Shown: positions 8,053 through 18,942, counted from the stretch's first letter. The stretch: DNA of 34,048 nt from an uncultured Verrucomicrobiales bacterium (GCA_938091905.1 CALKOM010000207.1:1-34048), one strand, 5' to 3'. Made by a program: numbers and translations. Notes: generated by a model from the letters alone, not told the origin.

Positions 8053-11000
8053 TCAGGGCTCCAATCGCTCCACCCGCAACCTTAGGTAGCGGCCAGCGAT
8101 AGTGTCAGCGCTGCTGGATAAGCGCGCAAGTTCCATGATTTCGGGTGAGACCTCGATCATCGTCGCAGAACCGAACTGCCCGGCGACGCCTTGCCATCGC
8201 TCAAGATCTTCGGAGAATTCTAGCACAACTCGATGAAAGGGTAATTCTTTGCGTAGCTGATATCGAACTTGCACACGAAGCCTCTCATCTTCTATCACCT
8301 GGCTTACTATCAACGGAGGCGACAGGTTCATCTCTCGGGGTGCCAAGCCTAACACGTATTCTAACATGTTAGACAGGCCGTCACCATCTGCATCCGAAAG
8401 ATCACCAGTGATAGAAGGTTTGGAAAGCTCTTGCTGCGAGAAATACTGCGCCTTCCACGAATCAGCCGTTGGCGCTGGCGGCTCTGGAACAGAAAGGCCT
8501 GGATGAATTCCCGGCGTTCCGTCAACTGCCGATGCCTTCCAGTTCAGGGGTTCACTTCCAAACTCATTGAGCATCCTCCTTTCTAACGACGCCCCATTTC
8601 CTGCCACCTCAGCCCAAGGCATCGTCGTACGATAACGAACTTCATCTAGCGGAATGAGCAGTTCAGGCTCGACCGGATCAGGAGCAAACAAAGTCAACTT
8701 TTCTCCACTATTATCGAGTCGTGCGTCGAACGGTCCAAACACGGGCACACCTTCAGGAAGAGCAAAACGCGCACGAAACTGTTCCGGAGGCTGGGCCGAT
8801 AGAATCATCAGAGACCGCGGCATCAGTTCGCCCTCGGTAAACACGAAACCCGTTCCATTTACCCTTACACCAGACAAATTGAACGAGTCTGGACCCACAT
8901 TCGCAATTTCTACGTACTCAACGCCAGCAAGAGGCGGATGCGCCATGATCTCAGTCATGACGAGCGGCCCGACGCGAGGCGGCCCGTTGCTCGTGCCGAG
9001 ACTCGCACTCTCTAACAACGCGACCGAAACCTCTCCGAGCGAGTTCTTCACCCGCCCATAGGTCGCTCCGATAGGCGCGGCGCCCACAGAAAGCGATTCC
9101 AGGCCACCGTCCAACCGCCCTTGAGCATCAGTACTCAGCAAGAAGAGATCTTCGCCGGCCGAGCTCAGCGCGAATGTCCCGAGTTCAGATTCGTTAATAA
9201 CGAGGAGTCTACCAGGCCCGATTGCCGTTCCATCAGGAACAATAAAAGCGCTAGGCTGATCGAGATCGTCGGTGATCCACCATCCACTAATATCTATAAC
9301 CTCGTCACCCACGTTGATCAGCTCGATTGCATCAACCGCAGGCGGCTCTGAGTTCGTGAAGACTTCATTGAAATGGACAGCCAAGCCCTGATCTCTCCCT
9401 GCAACCCCTGGCGTTCCAAGCCGGGTTGAACTCAAGTAGAATTGTCCTGGCTGGTTCACTTCCACTCCGGCATTCGGCGCCGCGATGATCAGCGCACCAT
9501 TGGAGGTCTGCGGCCATCCATCACCATCTTGGTAAGCAAGGCTACGGATCGGCTGCCCATTTGCAGCACGCAAAGTGAGAATATCTCCACGATTGTTCAA
9601 CTGTCCCTCAAACTCACCGAGTATCTGCGCCCCCAAATTGCTCCCATAGATATGAACAAAGGCCTCACGATCTTTCACCACTAACACTCGATCGCCGGGC
9701 AAAACACTCCTTTCAGGAAACTCAAACGTGACACCGCCCTCCAAACGCACGCCAGCCAAATCCACCGGCTTCTCCGCCAAGTTTAGAAACTCGATGTATT
9801 CGTAAACCTCGTCACTTGCTCCGCCATCACCAAAACTTCGCGGAGCCACCATCAACTCCGTGACGGCAAAGTTCGCCGCCGATGCCGGCTCCTCTCCGAC
9901 GAGATAACGCACCGTCAACGGCGGTCCCCATCCGCTACCGACCGGTATCTGCCCCGAATTCGTGCTGTTGCCACCAGAGGGATCAAACACCCTTGCGGTC
10001 AGGATCGCTGATTCTGTCAGATCGATGGCCTTCGTGTACGTCTGCGCCTCCACCACGACGCCACCATCTTCAATCACCCCGCCTTCCACACGAGCCTGGA
10101 TCAAAAAATCACTGCTCGTGGGGCCACTGTTCAATCCATGAATCGCCAGCAGGTTTGTCCCCACCACCAAGTGGTCCACGGCTTGCCGCAGATCAAAGCT
10201 CTCAAAATTTACCGCGGCTCCATCGTCGTTCGTACTCGTAGCACTCGAATTCCAAGTCACGTTGGCCGGAGCATTGACATCCACAATCTTGGCCCCATTG
10301 AGATAAGCAACAAAACCATCGTCATATCGCATTTGAAGAGACAACACATTGAATGAGGCTAACTGCTCAGGGGTCACGTCAAACTTCAGGCGAATGTAGG
10401 CCGATGTGTTCACTCCTTTCATCGCATTGACCCCTTCGAGGTTCACGTCGATAAGAGAATTGTACGTGGTAGCATCATCATAGCCGACCCCATTGTCACC
10501 GTTGATCCAATCACTATCATTGAATGAGGCCGATTGTCGCCACGCACTACCAATGTTAGACCTAGGCACAATGACTCGAACCGCTGCACGTTCATCTAAC
10601 AATGTCGTCCCTTCAAAAATCACAGGCTCTGCTGGCGGTCTCGGATCGCTCCCATCCAAGGTGTAGCGAATCTCTCGCCCTCCAGAGAGACCCGGAGCGC
10701 TGAGCTGAATCTGAGTCCCCGCAGCCACTTCGCCAGCAGACTTATTGCTCGTGGGCCGCGCCAGAAACTGACCGTCCATCCACTCTACGCGATCTTGTAG
10801 CCAATCTTTGAGATGATTCACCTCACCTAGATAACCGCCAAACCGGGGTCGCACGGCTGACCAACGCTGAAAGTTGCGTACCTGAGCTTCGCTTAACTCC
10901 TCGGCAAAGCCATCGATCACGTCGTTGATGTTGGCCGTACTAAAAGCCCCCTGGCGGAGCTCAAAGTAGCGATCAATGTAGCGCTGCCAGAAATTCTCGT

Positions 11001-13314
11001 CATCAAACAGCCTACCCCACCAAGGATAGCTGAAGTAGTTCGTACCACCCACCCATGACCTCGGGTTCTCATCTCGACCATCAGTTGAACCCATCGATCT
11101 ATCAAAATCCCAAATAGGCCCCATCTGCAATCTCTCGCCCCGCGGCTTGAACATGTAGGTACTCAATCGAAGGGCATCTGCATTCAAACTGAGGACATTA
11201 AGCAAATGATGATCAATGAACGCCTCTACATCGATGTACTGTTCATAGCCTAACAATGGATCTGTAAAGGCTGGCCCGTTGAGTGCGTCTCCAAAGTCTC
11301 TCATGTATCCTTGAATCCAAGCACTCTGGGCAACCGTCACATTCTCCTCTTTTGGATAGACATATCTCAACTGCTGACCCGCAGCGCTGAATCCATTGTC
11401 ACCAGGATCCGCTCTGTCAATCTTCAGCATGTAGCCGCCTGTGATCCCGGGTTCTGCCGATACCTCTTCAGGCAATCGCTCGACATCCACACGATCTCCA
11501 TCACGCGAAATCTTCTCCATTAACGTGTAGACTCCGTGATAGTCACTCGACTGCAGATCTCCACCGTTCCTATTAAGATAGACTTCAACGAACCGTGTGC
11601 GCACCGCATACCGACCAATCTGATTGCTCAGCTCATAAATAAACGGATTCCGCATGAGCGCCCTATCAAACGTGTAGCGACCACTCAAGATCCAATCAGA
11701 TTCACTCGGCAATCCTAGCGGGCTGATATTCTTGTTGGTATTCGCCTCATTCCAAGCCTCGATCGACCACGATTGCTTGGCAAACCCAGTCGACGATGAT
11801 CCTCGAACTTTAAAACCAGCCCTAGTGCCCAAGGCGTAGTCGCCCAACAACCGCGTCCTCCCACCGTCCTCGCCTGGCTCGAAGATCGCCCAGAATGTAA
11901 ACGCTTTACCGTTGCTTGCGGTAGGCCCGCCACCCAACTGATCGAGAACAACCATAGGCAGGTTCGATGTAAGCGTACGCGCATCGTTCGCAAGCTTTAA
12001 GTAGGCTTCCTCACGGACAGGACCAGGGGCTCTCCCTTGCTCAAAAAGCCGCGCACGAACCAGCGTTGACGCATTCACAGAAATCGGAGTTCCCAGATAT
12101 CGTATCGATCCGGTGCCAGGCACACTGCCATCCATCGTGTATCGTATCGTCGCCTCTGGAGACTCACTACTGAGGGTGACCGCTAAAGTCCCTGTGAACC
12201 CCCTGCCAGGCGTCGAGAAAATCACCGGCCCAGTAGGTAGGCCTTGCTCACTACCATTAGTCTCGTTCGGCGAAGCAACGGCAAAGTAATTCGCATTACC
12301 GATTTGAGCCTCACGTTGTTGCACTCCCTGCAATGCCGGCATGAAGATCAGATCTGAACTCGTTGTATTCCGGTTCAGCCCATGAATGGCTAACATATTC
12401 TCCCCCACACGAAGCTGATCGAGCTGACCGTTGAGGCTAAAGTCCTGGAACGCCACCGCAGCTCCGTCATCATGCTGATCCACAGCAGCAGACTCCCAGC
12501 TAAGCGAAGGAGGCGCAAAGGCTGAAGCAATGCGCTCTCCATTGAGATAGGCGACAAATCCATCGTCATATTTCATCCGGAGAACGAGCCCAATGAGGTT
12601 CTCCTTCGAACTCACTTGGAACGGAATACGAATGTAGACACTCGTAGCCTCACCAACCATAGCTTCACCAACATCACCGTTCGGGCCAATCAGCCCCTCA
12701 TAGCCGGATCCGTTCTCGTAACCGATACCGGTCGTCGCGGTCTGCCACGCGCTGTCATTGAAGGACAGCGTCTGCCAGTTAGAAATCTCCCTCGACGGAA
12801 CGATCCATTTGCTAGACACACGCTCCTCCAAGAAACTCATGACCTCCGTATTGCCAGTCTGAGCGACACCGTAAGAGATGTCCTCAAACTGCTCAGGATA
12901 GTCGAACGCAGAAGCCACTTCACCATCACTCACCCGCACAAGCGCGAGGTAACCACCTGCCTTCGTCAGTTTGAAATCCGCATGCAACTCGCCTCCTGCC
13001 TCACGTCGATCCTCTCCAGAAGCATAGACGATAACATATTCATTTGGCCCAAGCATCCGTTGAGGAAAGATCCACTTGGCAGGTTCAAGCAAATCGTTAG
13101 TCAGTGCATAGGCATCCAACGACACCGCACGTTGCCCCCCATTGAAAACCTCGATCCAGTCCGGGGAATCCCCATTTAAAGCCGTGAGCGACTTGTCATT
13201 CGAAGCCATGAATTCCGTGATAATCACCTGCCCCACGGCAGCAGATACGGATACAAGAAAACAGAAAGACGACAGCAATTGCCGTCCCCACCGGAAACCT
13301 AGGGCAGAAATCAT
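8053..13314 (-). CDS. Large secreted CotH-kinase-family protein with lamin-tail and chitobiase/HEX C-terminal-like domains
   Basis: Signal-like N-terminus; lamin-tail motifs (VIITEFMASN...DWIEVFN, VTELMV, FNEVFT, MTEIMAHP); IRYTMDGSVP and IRYTLDGSDP; CotH core GFKVRGSSS...DRALMRN...YHGVYTLMEKI...MGPIWDFDRSMG; C-terminal DADGDGLSNMLEYVLG. Start uncertain (ATG 13314 or TTG 13329). Confidence 0.88.
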   Translation of the reverse strand: MISALGFRWGRQLLSSFCFLVSVSAAVGQVIITEFMASNDKSLTALNGDSPDWIEVFNGGQRAVSLDAYALTNDLLEPAKWIFPQRMLGPNEYVIVYASGEDRREAGGELHADFKLTKAGGYLALVRVSDGEVASAFDYPEQFEDISYGVAQTGNTEVMSFLEERVSSKWIVPSREISNWQTLSFNDSAWQTATTGIGYENGSGYEGLIGPNGDVGEAMVGEATSVYIRIPFQVSSKENLIGLVLRMKYDDGFVAYLNGERIASAFAPPSLSWESAAVDQHDDGAAVAFQDFSLNGQLDQLRVGENMLAIHGLNRNTTSSDLIFMPALQGVQQREAQIGNANYFAVASPNETNGSEQGLPTGPVIFSTPGRGFTGTLAVTLSSESPEATIRYTMDGSVPGTGSIRYLGTPISVNASTLVRARLFEQGRAPGPVREEAYLKLANDARTLTSNLPMVVLDQLGGGPTASNGKAFTFWAIFEPGEDGGRTRLLGDYALGTRAGFKVRGSSSTGFAKQSWSIEAWNEANTNKNISPLGLPSESDWILSGRYTFDRALMRNPFIYELSNQIGRYAVRTRFVEVYLNRNGGDLQSSDYHGVYTLMEKISRDGDRVDVERLPEEVSAEPGITGGYMLKIDRADPGDNGFSAAGQQLRYVYPKEENVTVAQSAWIQGYMRDFGDALNGPAFTDPLLGYEQYIDVEAFIDHHLLNVLSLNADALRLSTYMFKPRGERLQMGPIWDFDRSMGSTDGRDENPRSWVGGTNYFSYPWWGRLFDDENFWQRYIDRYFELRQGAFSTANINDVIDGFAEELSEAQVRNFQRWSAVRPRFGGYLGEVNHLKDWLQDRVEWMDGQFLARPTSNKSAGEVAAGTQIQLSAPGLSGGREIRYTLDGSDPRPPAEPVIFEGTTLLDERAAVRVIVPRSNIGSAWRQSASFNDSDWINGDNGVGYDDATTYNSLIDVNLEGVNAMKGVNTSAYIRLKFDVTPEQLASFNVLSLQMRYDDGFVAYLNGAKIVDVNAPANVTWNSSATSTNDDGAAVNFESFDLRQAVDHLVVGTNLLAIHGLNSGPTSSDFLIQARVEGGVIEDGGVVVEAQTYTKAIDLTESAILTARVFDPSGGNSTNSGQIPVGSGWGPPLTVRYLVGEEPASAANFAVTELMVAPRSFGDGGASDEVYEYIEFLNLAEKPVDLAGVRLEGGVTFEFPERSVLPGDRVLVVKDREAFVHIYGSNLGAQILGEFEGQLNNRGDILTLRAANGQPIRSLAYQDGDGWPQTSNGALIIAAPNAGVEVNQPGQFYLSSTRLGTPGVAGRDQGLAVHFNEVFTNSEPPAVDAIELINVGDEVIDISGWWITDDLDQPSAFIVPDGTAIGPGRLLVINESELGTFALSSAGEDLFLLSTDAQGRLDGGLESLSVGAAPIGATYGRVKNSLGEVSVALLESASLGTSNGPPRVGPLVMTEIMAHPPLAGVEYVEIANVGPDSFNLSGVRVNGTGFVFTEGELMPRSLMILSAQPPEQFRARFALPEGVPVFGPFDARLDNSGEKLTLFAPDPVEPELLIPLDEVRYRTTMPWAEVAGNGASLERRMLNEFGSEPLNWKASAVDGTPGIHPGLSVPEPPAPTADSWKAQYFSQQELSKPSITGDLSDADGDGLSNMLEYVLGLAPREMNLSPPLIVSQVIEDERLRVQVRYQLRKELPFHRVVLEFSEDLERWQGVAGQFGSATMIEVSPEIMELARLSSSADTIAGRYLRLRVERLEP

Positions 13315-13352
13315 AGAGGGGTGAAACAAGGGGTTCGTTTACCTTAGGCGTG

Positions 13353-13838
13353 TCACACTTTCGTAACAAGTCGCATGTCGAAATTGAAAGGGCTGGGCTC
13401 CCCTAAACACAACTGGCTCATGGCCGGATGACGCGGATTGATCAGTAAGTTCGACTCCTCCGGGATGATCACCGACGGCACCCAAAGCCCCAGTGAATTC
13501 TCGGACGCCAGCCACTCGTCTCCAAGAGCTTGAGTTTCGCGCTGCGGCGGCGAGATGCGCCAGTCACCCGGCAACGCCGCTTTGGGAAGGCTCTGTAACC
13601 CGTCCGTCGGCACTTCCATCCCCATAAAGACGTAGGGCTTCTCGCGACTCCCTGGGGTCGTGAGATGAACAAGTAGCTCCAGCGCTGCGAGGGCTCGGCT
13701 CCCGCCAAGATAAACCACAGGTCTACCGGGTGAATTCCACCTCCCGCCATAAAGACGAGCACCTTCACCGGACAGCGCGGCGGAAACTCGTCTAATTGAA
13801 ACCAACCGATAACCAACGGCCGTCTTAGAAGACGCCAT
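13353..13838 (-). CDS. RES-domain toxin (MbcT/ParT family, NAD+-consuming)
   Basis: SGEGARLYGGRWNSPG, VVYL, LAALELLVH and VPSVIIPEESNLLINPRHP, with the R, E and S signature residues present. Start overlaps the antitoxin 3' end by 14 nt. Confidence 0.92.
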   Translation of the reverse strand: MASSKTAVGYRLVSIRRVSAALSGEGARLYGGRWNSPGRPVVYLGGSRALAALELLVHLTTPGSREKPYVFMGMEVPTDGLQSLPKAALPGDWRISPPQRETQALGDEWLASENSLGLWVPSVIIPEESNLLINPRHPAMSQLCLGEPSPFNFDMRLVTKV

Positions 13839-14268
13839 GATCTAAACGCCCTAGCACATGCTCTACCTCTCGTGCGCCAAACTCTGTGTCTGCATACGAC
13901 AACGGTGCCTCTCCTCCTGTAGCCGGATTCTTAGACTTGAGCCACTCTCGCGCAGCAGCCTCGGAATCTAGCACTTCCATCGCCAATCCAAAGAGCCTTG
14001 CAAAGCGAACAACACGCTCACTCTCTGGAGTCTCCAGATGCCCAGAACGCTTTCGGCGATGCAAGGTAGCCGCCGAAATACCCACCAACCGTCCTAGCTC
14101 CTCCTCAGAAATTTCTAGAAGACGCTGTACGGCACTGAACTCCTCCATGGGTAATCCCGCCCTCAAGCGATCCACTAACGGCACTTCCACCATGGTCTCT
14201 ATAACGCAATCTTCCTCCACATCTGGCAGGAAAGACGCGACAATTGGAGGCTTCGATCCATACTTCAT
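13825..14268 (-). CDS. Xre/MbcA/ParS-family antitoxin
   Basis: HTH region LGRLVGISAATLHRRK, then ESERVVRFARLFGLAMEVL...AAREWL...P...GGEAPL...TEFGAREVEHVLGRLDHGVF. Directly upstream of the RES gene. Confidence 0.92.
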   Translation of the reverse strand: MKYGSKPPIVASFLPDVEEDCVIETMVEVPLVDRLRAGLPMEEFSAVQRLLEISEEELGRLVGISAATLHRRKRSGHLETPESERVVRFARLFGLAMEVLDSEAAAREWLKSKNPATGGEAPLSYADTEFGAREVEHVLGRLDHGVF

Positions 14269-14375
14269 ATGACATTCTACTTCCCTTCAAAAGAGCTTCA
14301 CCTATTTTTTGATAGTTTCAATCCCTTCATTTGATCGACTTGCTTTCTTTTAGGCAAGGTTGAGCTTAGAAAGGG

Positions 14376-15407
14376 ATGAAAGCCCTGGTAAAGAAACACG
14401 CAGAACGCGGGTTGTGGTTGGAGGACGTCCCCGAGCCCGCTTGTGGCATCAATCACGTCCTGATCCGCGTCGATCGAACAGGAATCTGTGGGACAGATTT
14501 GCACATTCACAAATGGGATGCCTGGGCGCAGAAAACGATTCCTGTTCCAATGGTCGTAGGCCACGAATTCGTCGGTAAGGTCGTTGAGATCGGAAGCAAT
14601 GTCCATGACTTCAAGGTCGGCGACGTTGTCGGTGGTGAAGGTCACGTCGTCTGCGGACATTGCAGAAACTGCATGGCAGGCCGTCGGCATCTTTGTAAGG
14701 ACACCCAAGGCGTGGGCGTGAATCGAGCCGGCGCCTTTGCCGAGTACATCGCATTGCCGCAAACAAACGTCTGGTACCATGCAGACGATATTGATCCTGA
14801 CATCATGTCTATCTTTGACCCGTTAGGCAATGCGGTTCACTCTGCCCTCTCGTTCGATTTGTTAGGCGAAGACATTCTCGTGACAGGCGCAGGTCCCATC
14901 GGCCTCATGGCCGCTGCCGTAGCCAAGCACGCGGGCGCCCGATTCGTCGTCGTGACTGATGTGAATCCCTACCGCCTCGGGCTAGCCCGCAAGATGGGGG
15001 CAACCCTGGCAATCGACGTGAGAGAGTCATCGATTGCTGATGCACAGAAAGACTTAGGCATGCAAGAAGGCTTCGACGTAGGCCTTGAGATGTCAGGAAA
15101 CGAACAAGCCTTTCAAGACATGATCACCAACATGGCGCATGGCGGTAAGATCTCCATGTTAGGCATTCCCCAGAAGCCCATGGCCGTTGATTGGAATGAA
15201 GTGATCTTCAACATGCTCACAATCAAAGGCATCTACGGACGCGAAATGTATGAGACTTGGTACAAGATGACCGTCATGTTACAAAGCGGGCTCGATATCA
15301 GCCCAGTCATCACCCACCGACTTTCTTACGACGACTTTGAATCCGGATTCGACGCCATGTATTCAGGCGACGCGGCGAAAGTAATCCTCGATTGGAAGAA
15401 CGCATGA
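14376..15407 (+). CDS. tdh: L-threonine 3-dehydrogenase
   Basis: MKALVK..., [21 protein letters not shown] (structural Zn), [21 protein letters not shown]. Paired with kbl. Confidence 0.97.
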   Translation: MKALVKKHAERGLWLEDVPEPACGINHVLIRVDRTGICGTDLHIHKWDAWAQKTIPVPMVVGHEFVGKVVEIGSNVHDFKVGDVVGGEGHVVCGHCRNCMAGRRHLCKDTQGVGVNRAGAFAEYIALPQTNVWYHADDIDPDIMSIFDPLGNAVHSALSFDLLGEDILVTGAGPIGLMAAAVAKHAGARFVVVTDVNPYRLGLARKMGATLAIDVRESSIADAQKDLGMQEGFDVGLEMSGNEQAFQDMITNMAHGGKISMLGIPQKPMAVDWNEVIFNMLTIKGIYGREMYETWYKMTVMLQSGLDISPVITHRLSYDDFESGFDAMYSGDAAKVILDWKNA

Positions 15408-16600
15408 ATACCCGCAAAGACTTCATTTCCCATCTCCAGAGCGAAATCGACGGCATTCAGGCAGCTGGGCTCCACAAAGGCGAACGTCTCATCACGAGCA
15501 AGCAAGACGCTCATGTGAACGTGCCCGGGCGCGATGAGGTGATCAATCTCTGCGCCAACAATTATCTTGGACTCGCAGGCCATCCCACACTACTCAAGAC
15601 AGCCAAAGAAGCGCTCGATCGGTGGGGCTATGGCATGGCTTCTGTGCGGTTCATATGCGGCACGCAATCAATTCATCGCGAACTCGAAGAGAAGTTAGCC
15701 GCCTTTCTAGGAACCGAAGACACGATCCTCTACTCCTCTTGCTTTGATGCCGCCGGCGGCTTGTTCGAAGTCTTGTTAGGCCCAGAAGATGCGGTGCTTA
15801 GTGATCAGTTGAATCACGCTTGCATCATCGATGGCATTCGCCTGTGCAAGGCTCAGCGATTCCGTTACGCCAACAACGACATGGCGGATCTCGAAGCCAA
15901 GCTCAAAGAAGCTGGGAACGCCCGCTTTAAGCTCATCGTCACGGACGGCGTCTTTTCCATGGATGGCTACATCGCCAACCTACCCGCCATCTGCGACCTG
16001 GCGGATAAGTATGAGGCTCTCGTCATGGTTGATGATTCTCACTCCGTTGGTTTCATGGGGACTCACGGAAGAGGCACGCACGAGCACCATGATGTTATGG
16101 GTCGCATCGATATCATCACCGGCACTTTAGGAAAAGCGCTAGGCGGTGCCAGCGGTGGCTACACGAGCGGCCGCAAAGAAATCATCGATCTACTCCGGCA
16201 ACGTTCCCGCCCATATCTCTTCTCCAACACGCTCGCTCCCGTCATTACAGCAACCTCCATCAAGGTACTTGACCTGCTGGAAGAGTCTGGAGACCTTCGT
16301 GATCAACTGCGGACAAATACCGCATTCTTCCGCCAGGCCATGGACGAGGCAGGCTTCCGGCTCCTCCCCGGTGAACACCCCATCATACCCGTCATGTTCG
16401 GCGACGCTCATGCCGCCAGCGCGATGGCAGAAGGCCTTCTCGATCGCGGCGTCTATGTCGTGGCTTTCTCCTATCCCGTCGTTCCCAAGAACGAAGCGAG
16501 AATCCGCGTGCAAATGTCTGCCGCCCACTCCAGAGAAGACCTCAAATTTGCCATCAAACAATTCCAAGCCGTTCGCGACCAGCTTGGGTTGAAAGCTTGA
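15404..16600 (+). CDS. kbl: Glycine C-acetyltransferase (2-amino-3-ketobutyrate CoA ligase)
   Basis: [30 protein letters not shown]-lysine motif [25 protein letters not shown] overlap with the tdh stop. Confidence 0.97.
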   Translation: MNTRKDFISHLQSEIDGIQAAGLHKGERLITSKQDAHVNVPGRDEVINLCANNYLGLAGHPTLLKTAKEALDRWGYGMASVRFICGTQSIHRELEEKLAAFLGTEDTILYSSCFDAAGGLFEVLLGPEDAVLSDQLNHACIIDGIRLCKAQRFRYANNDMADLEAKLKEAGNARFKLIVTDGVFSMDGYIANLPAICDLADKYEALVMVDDSHSVGFMGTHGRGTHEHHDVMGRIDIITGTLGKALGGASGGYTSGRKEIIDLLRQRSRPYLFSNTLAPVITATSIKVLDLLEESGDLRDQLRTNTAFFRQAMDEAGFRLLPGEHPIIPVMFGDAHAASAMAEGLLDRGVYVVAFSYPVVPKNEARIRVQMSAAHSREDLKFAIKQFQAVRDQLGLKA

Positions 16601-16631
16601 CGCTTCAAACGCATCCAACCAGCTTCCATCC

Positions 16632-17942
16632 ATGAAACGACTACTTTCTATCTTCGCAACTCTCGCCCTTCTGACTGCGGGGCATGCTCTAGCAGATCAT
16701 CACGGACTCAACCATCCTCCAGCAGGATTCAGTGCCCTCTTCAATGGCAAGGATCTCGAAGGCTGGTTCGGTCACGGCACCAAAGACCCGCGCACGTTGT
16801 GGGCCATGAGCGCTGAGGAACTCGCCGCCCATCACACCAAGACGATGGAGGATGTAAACCAACACTGGTCTGTCAAAGACGGCATCCTCGTCAATGATGG
16901 GCAAGGTCTCTACCTTACCACGAGGAAAGATTACGGCGATTTCGAACTTCTGCTAGAATACAAAACTGTCGCCAAGGCCGATAGTGGCATTTACTTGCGC
17001 GGCGTGCCTCAAGTTCAGATCTGGGACCCCACCGAAGAGGCCAAGTTCGGGATTGGTGCTGACAAAGGCTCCGGAGGTCTTTGGAACAATCCAGCTGGTA
17101 GTCCCGGAAAAGATCCTAGCAAGCGCATGGACAAACCATTCGGCGATTGGAACAAATTTCGGATCAAGATGATCGGAGAACGCGTTACCATCGATTTCAA
17201 CGGCGAGCGCGTGGTCGACAATGTCGTCATGCACAACTACTTCGGGAAGAAAGATGGCACCCCAATGTTCCCCAAAGGTCCGATTCAACTACAGACACAC
17301 GGTGGCGAAATCAGCTGGCGCAATGTCTTCATCCGCGAGATCGGTTCTGAAGAAGCAAACAATCATCTTTCGAGCAATGGTTTCACCTCCCTATTCGACG
17401 GCATGTCCCTCGATCAATGGCAAGGTGCCGTCGACAACTACGAGGTCGTCAATGGTAACATCCGTTGCAAGCAAGGGAAAGGCGGCAATCTCCTCACGAA
17501 AGACGAATATGAAAACTTCGTCTTCCGCTTCGAATACAAGCTACCTCCGGGCGGAAATAATGGCGTCGCCGTTCGCGCACCATTGAAGGGCGACACGGCA
17601 TGGGAAGCTTTCGAGATCCAAATTCTCGATGATACCCACGAGAAATACGCGAAGCTGAAAGACTATCAGTATCACGGATCCATCTACGGTCTCGTTCCAG
17701 CCAAACGTGGCTACAATCGGCCCGTTGGCGAATGGAACTACCAAGAGATCGAGGCAAACGGCTCACACATCAAAGTCACCGTAAACGGCACAGTCATCGT
17801 CGATGCGGACGTCAGCAAGATCGACCGTAGCAAAGTGGCTAAGCTTCCCAAAGGCGTCGACCGGACCAAAGGCTATGTCGGCTTCGCCGGCCACAGCGAC
17901 CCGGTCGAGTTCCGCAACGTCTCGATAAAGCACCTCCCCTAG
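16632..17942 (+). CDS. Secreted tandem DUF1080 (3-keto-disaccharide hydrolase-like) protein
   Basis: Signal peptide, then two repeats: LFNGKDLEGW...DSGIYLR...IQLQTHGGEISWRN and LFDGMSLDQW...NNGVAVR...EIQILDD...GFAGHSDPVEFRN. Confidence 0.9.
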   Translation: MKRLLSIFATLALLTAGHALADHHGLNHPPAGFSALFNGKDLEGWFGHGTKDPRTLWAMSAEELAAHHTKTMEDVNQHWSVKDGILVNDGQGLYLTTRKDYGDFELLLEYKTVAKADSGIYLRGVPQVQIWDPTEEAKFGIGADKGSGGLWNNPAGSPGKDPSKRMDKPFGDWNKFRIKMIGERVTIDFNGERVVDNVVMHNYFGKKDGTPMFPKGPIQLQTHGGEISWRNVFIREIGSEEANNHLSSNGFTSLFDGMSLDQWQGAVDNYEVVNGNIRCKQGKGGNLLTKDEYENFVFRFEYKLPPGGNNGVAVRAPLKGDTAWEAFEIQILDDTHEKYAKLKDYQYHGSIYGLVPAKRGYNRPVGEWNYQEIEANGSHIKVTVNGTVIVDADVSKIDRSKVAKLPKGVDRTKGYVGFAGHSDPVEFRNVSIKHLP

Positions 17943-17991
17943 ACAGACAGCATCGCGGGGCTCGCCAGCGTTCCCGTAATCCGCAACACAT

Positions 17992-18915
17992 CTACTTCTG
18001 CTCGCTCACCACTTTCGTGAGCGCGGCCACCGTTCCACCGATGTCTCCCAAGTTCGCCGGGAGAATCATCGTGTTGTTCTCTCGGGCCAGGTTGCCAAAT
18101 TGTTCCACATACTGTTCAGCCACGCGTAAATTCATCGCCTCGTGACCGCCGGGCATCTGAATCGTTTCAGCAACTTGGCGAATACCTTCTGCTGTCGCCG
18201 TCGCTAGCAACGCGATCTCCTGCGCCTTGCCCTCGGCTTCATTGATCTGCTCCTGCTTCTTCGCTTCAGAAAGCATGATCGCTTGCTGCTTGTTTCCCTC
18301 GGCAATGTTGATCTTCGCCTCACGCTCACCCTCGGAATGCGCAACCACCGCACGGCGTTCACGTTCCGCGCGCATCTGTTTCTCCAAGGCATCCTTCACG
18401 GACTGCGGAGGATTGATGTTAGAAATCTCGTAGCGCGTGATCTTCAAACCCCAAGGTTCTGAAGCCCGATCCACCGCGTCGATGATGTGCGCATTGATCT
18501 GCTCGCGCTCTTCAAAGGTGCGATCCAATTCCAACTTACCAATCTCCGAACGCAGCGTCGTCTGTGCGAGCTGAATCGAGGCATAGCGATAATCCTCAAT
18601 GCCGTAACTAGCGGACTTCGCATCGAGCACTTGCATGTAAAGCACACCATCGATCTCCACTGCGATGTTATCCTTGGTGATGCACATCTGTGAGGGCACA
18701 TCCAAAGCAATCTCTTTTAGGTTATGCCGGTAGGCCACCCGCTCAATAAACGGAATTAACAAATGGAAGCCAGCATCGAGATTACGAGAGTATTTTCCAA
18801 GCCGCTCCACGACAAAAGCCTGTCGTTGCGGCACGATTTTTGCGGTCTTGATCAAGGCAATGACAATGAGGGCAGCCAGGCCGCTCGCAACAATAATAGG
18901 AATAAGGCTATCCAT
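17992..18915 (-). CDS. SPFH/stomatin-like protein (QmcA-like)
   Basis: N-terminal TM, IVPQRQAFVVERLGKY, CITKDN, QLAQTTLRSEIG, KQMRAERERRA. Confidence 0.93.
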   Translation of the reverse strand: MDSLIPIIVASGLAALIVIALIKTAKIVPQRQAFVVERLGKYSRNLDAGFHLLIPFIERVAYRHNLKEIALDVPSQMCITKDNIAVEIDGVLYMQVLDAKSASYGIEDYRYASIQLAQTTLRSEIGKLELDRTFEEREQINAHIIDAVDRASEPWGLKITRYEISNINPPQSVKDALEKQMRAERERRAVVAHSEGEREAKINIAEGNKQQAIMLSEAKKQEQINEAEGKAQEIALLATATAEGIRQVAETIQMPGGHEAMNLRVAEQYVEQFGNLARENNTMILPANLGDIGGTVAALTKVVSEQK

Positions 18916-18942
18916 AGCAGTAATGTTTAATAGTTAGTTATT

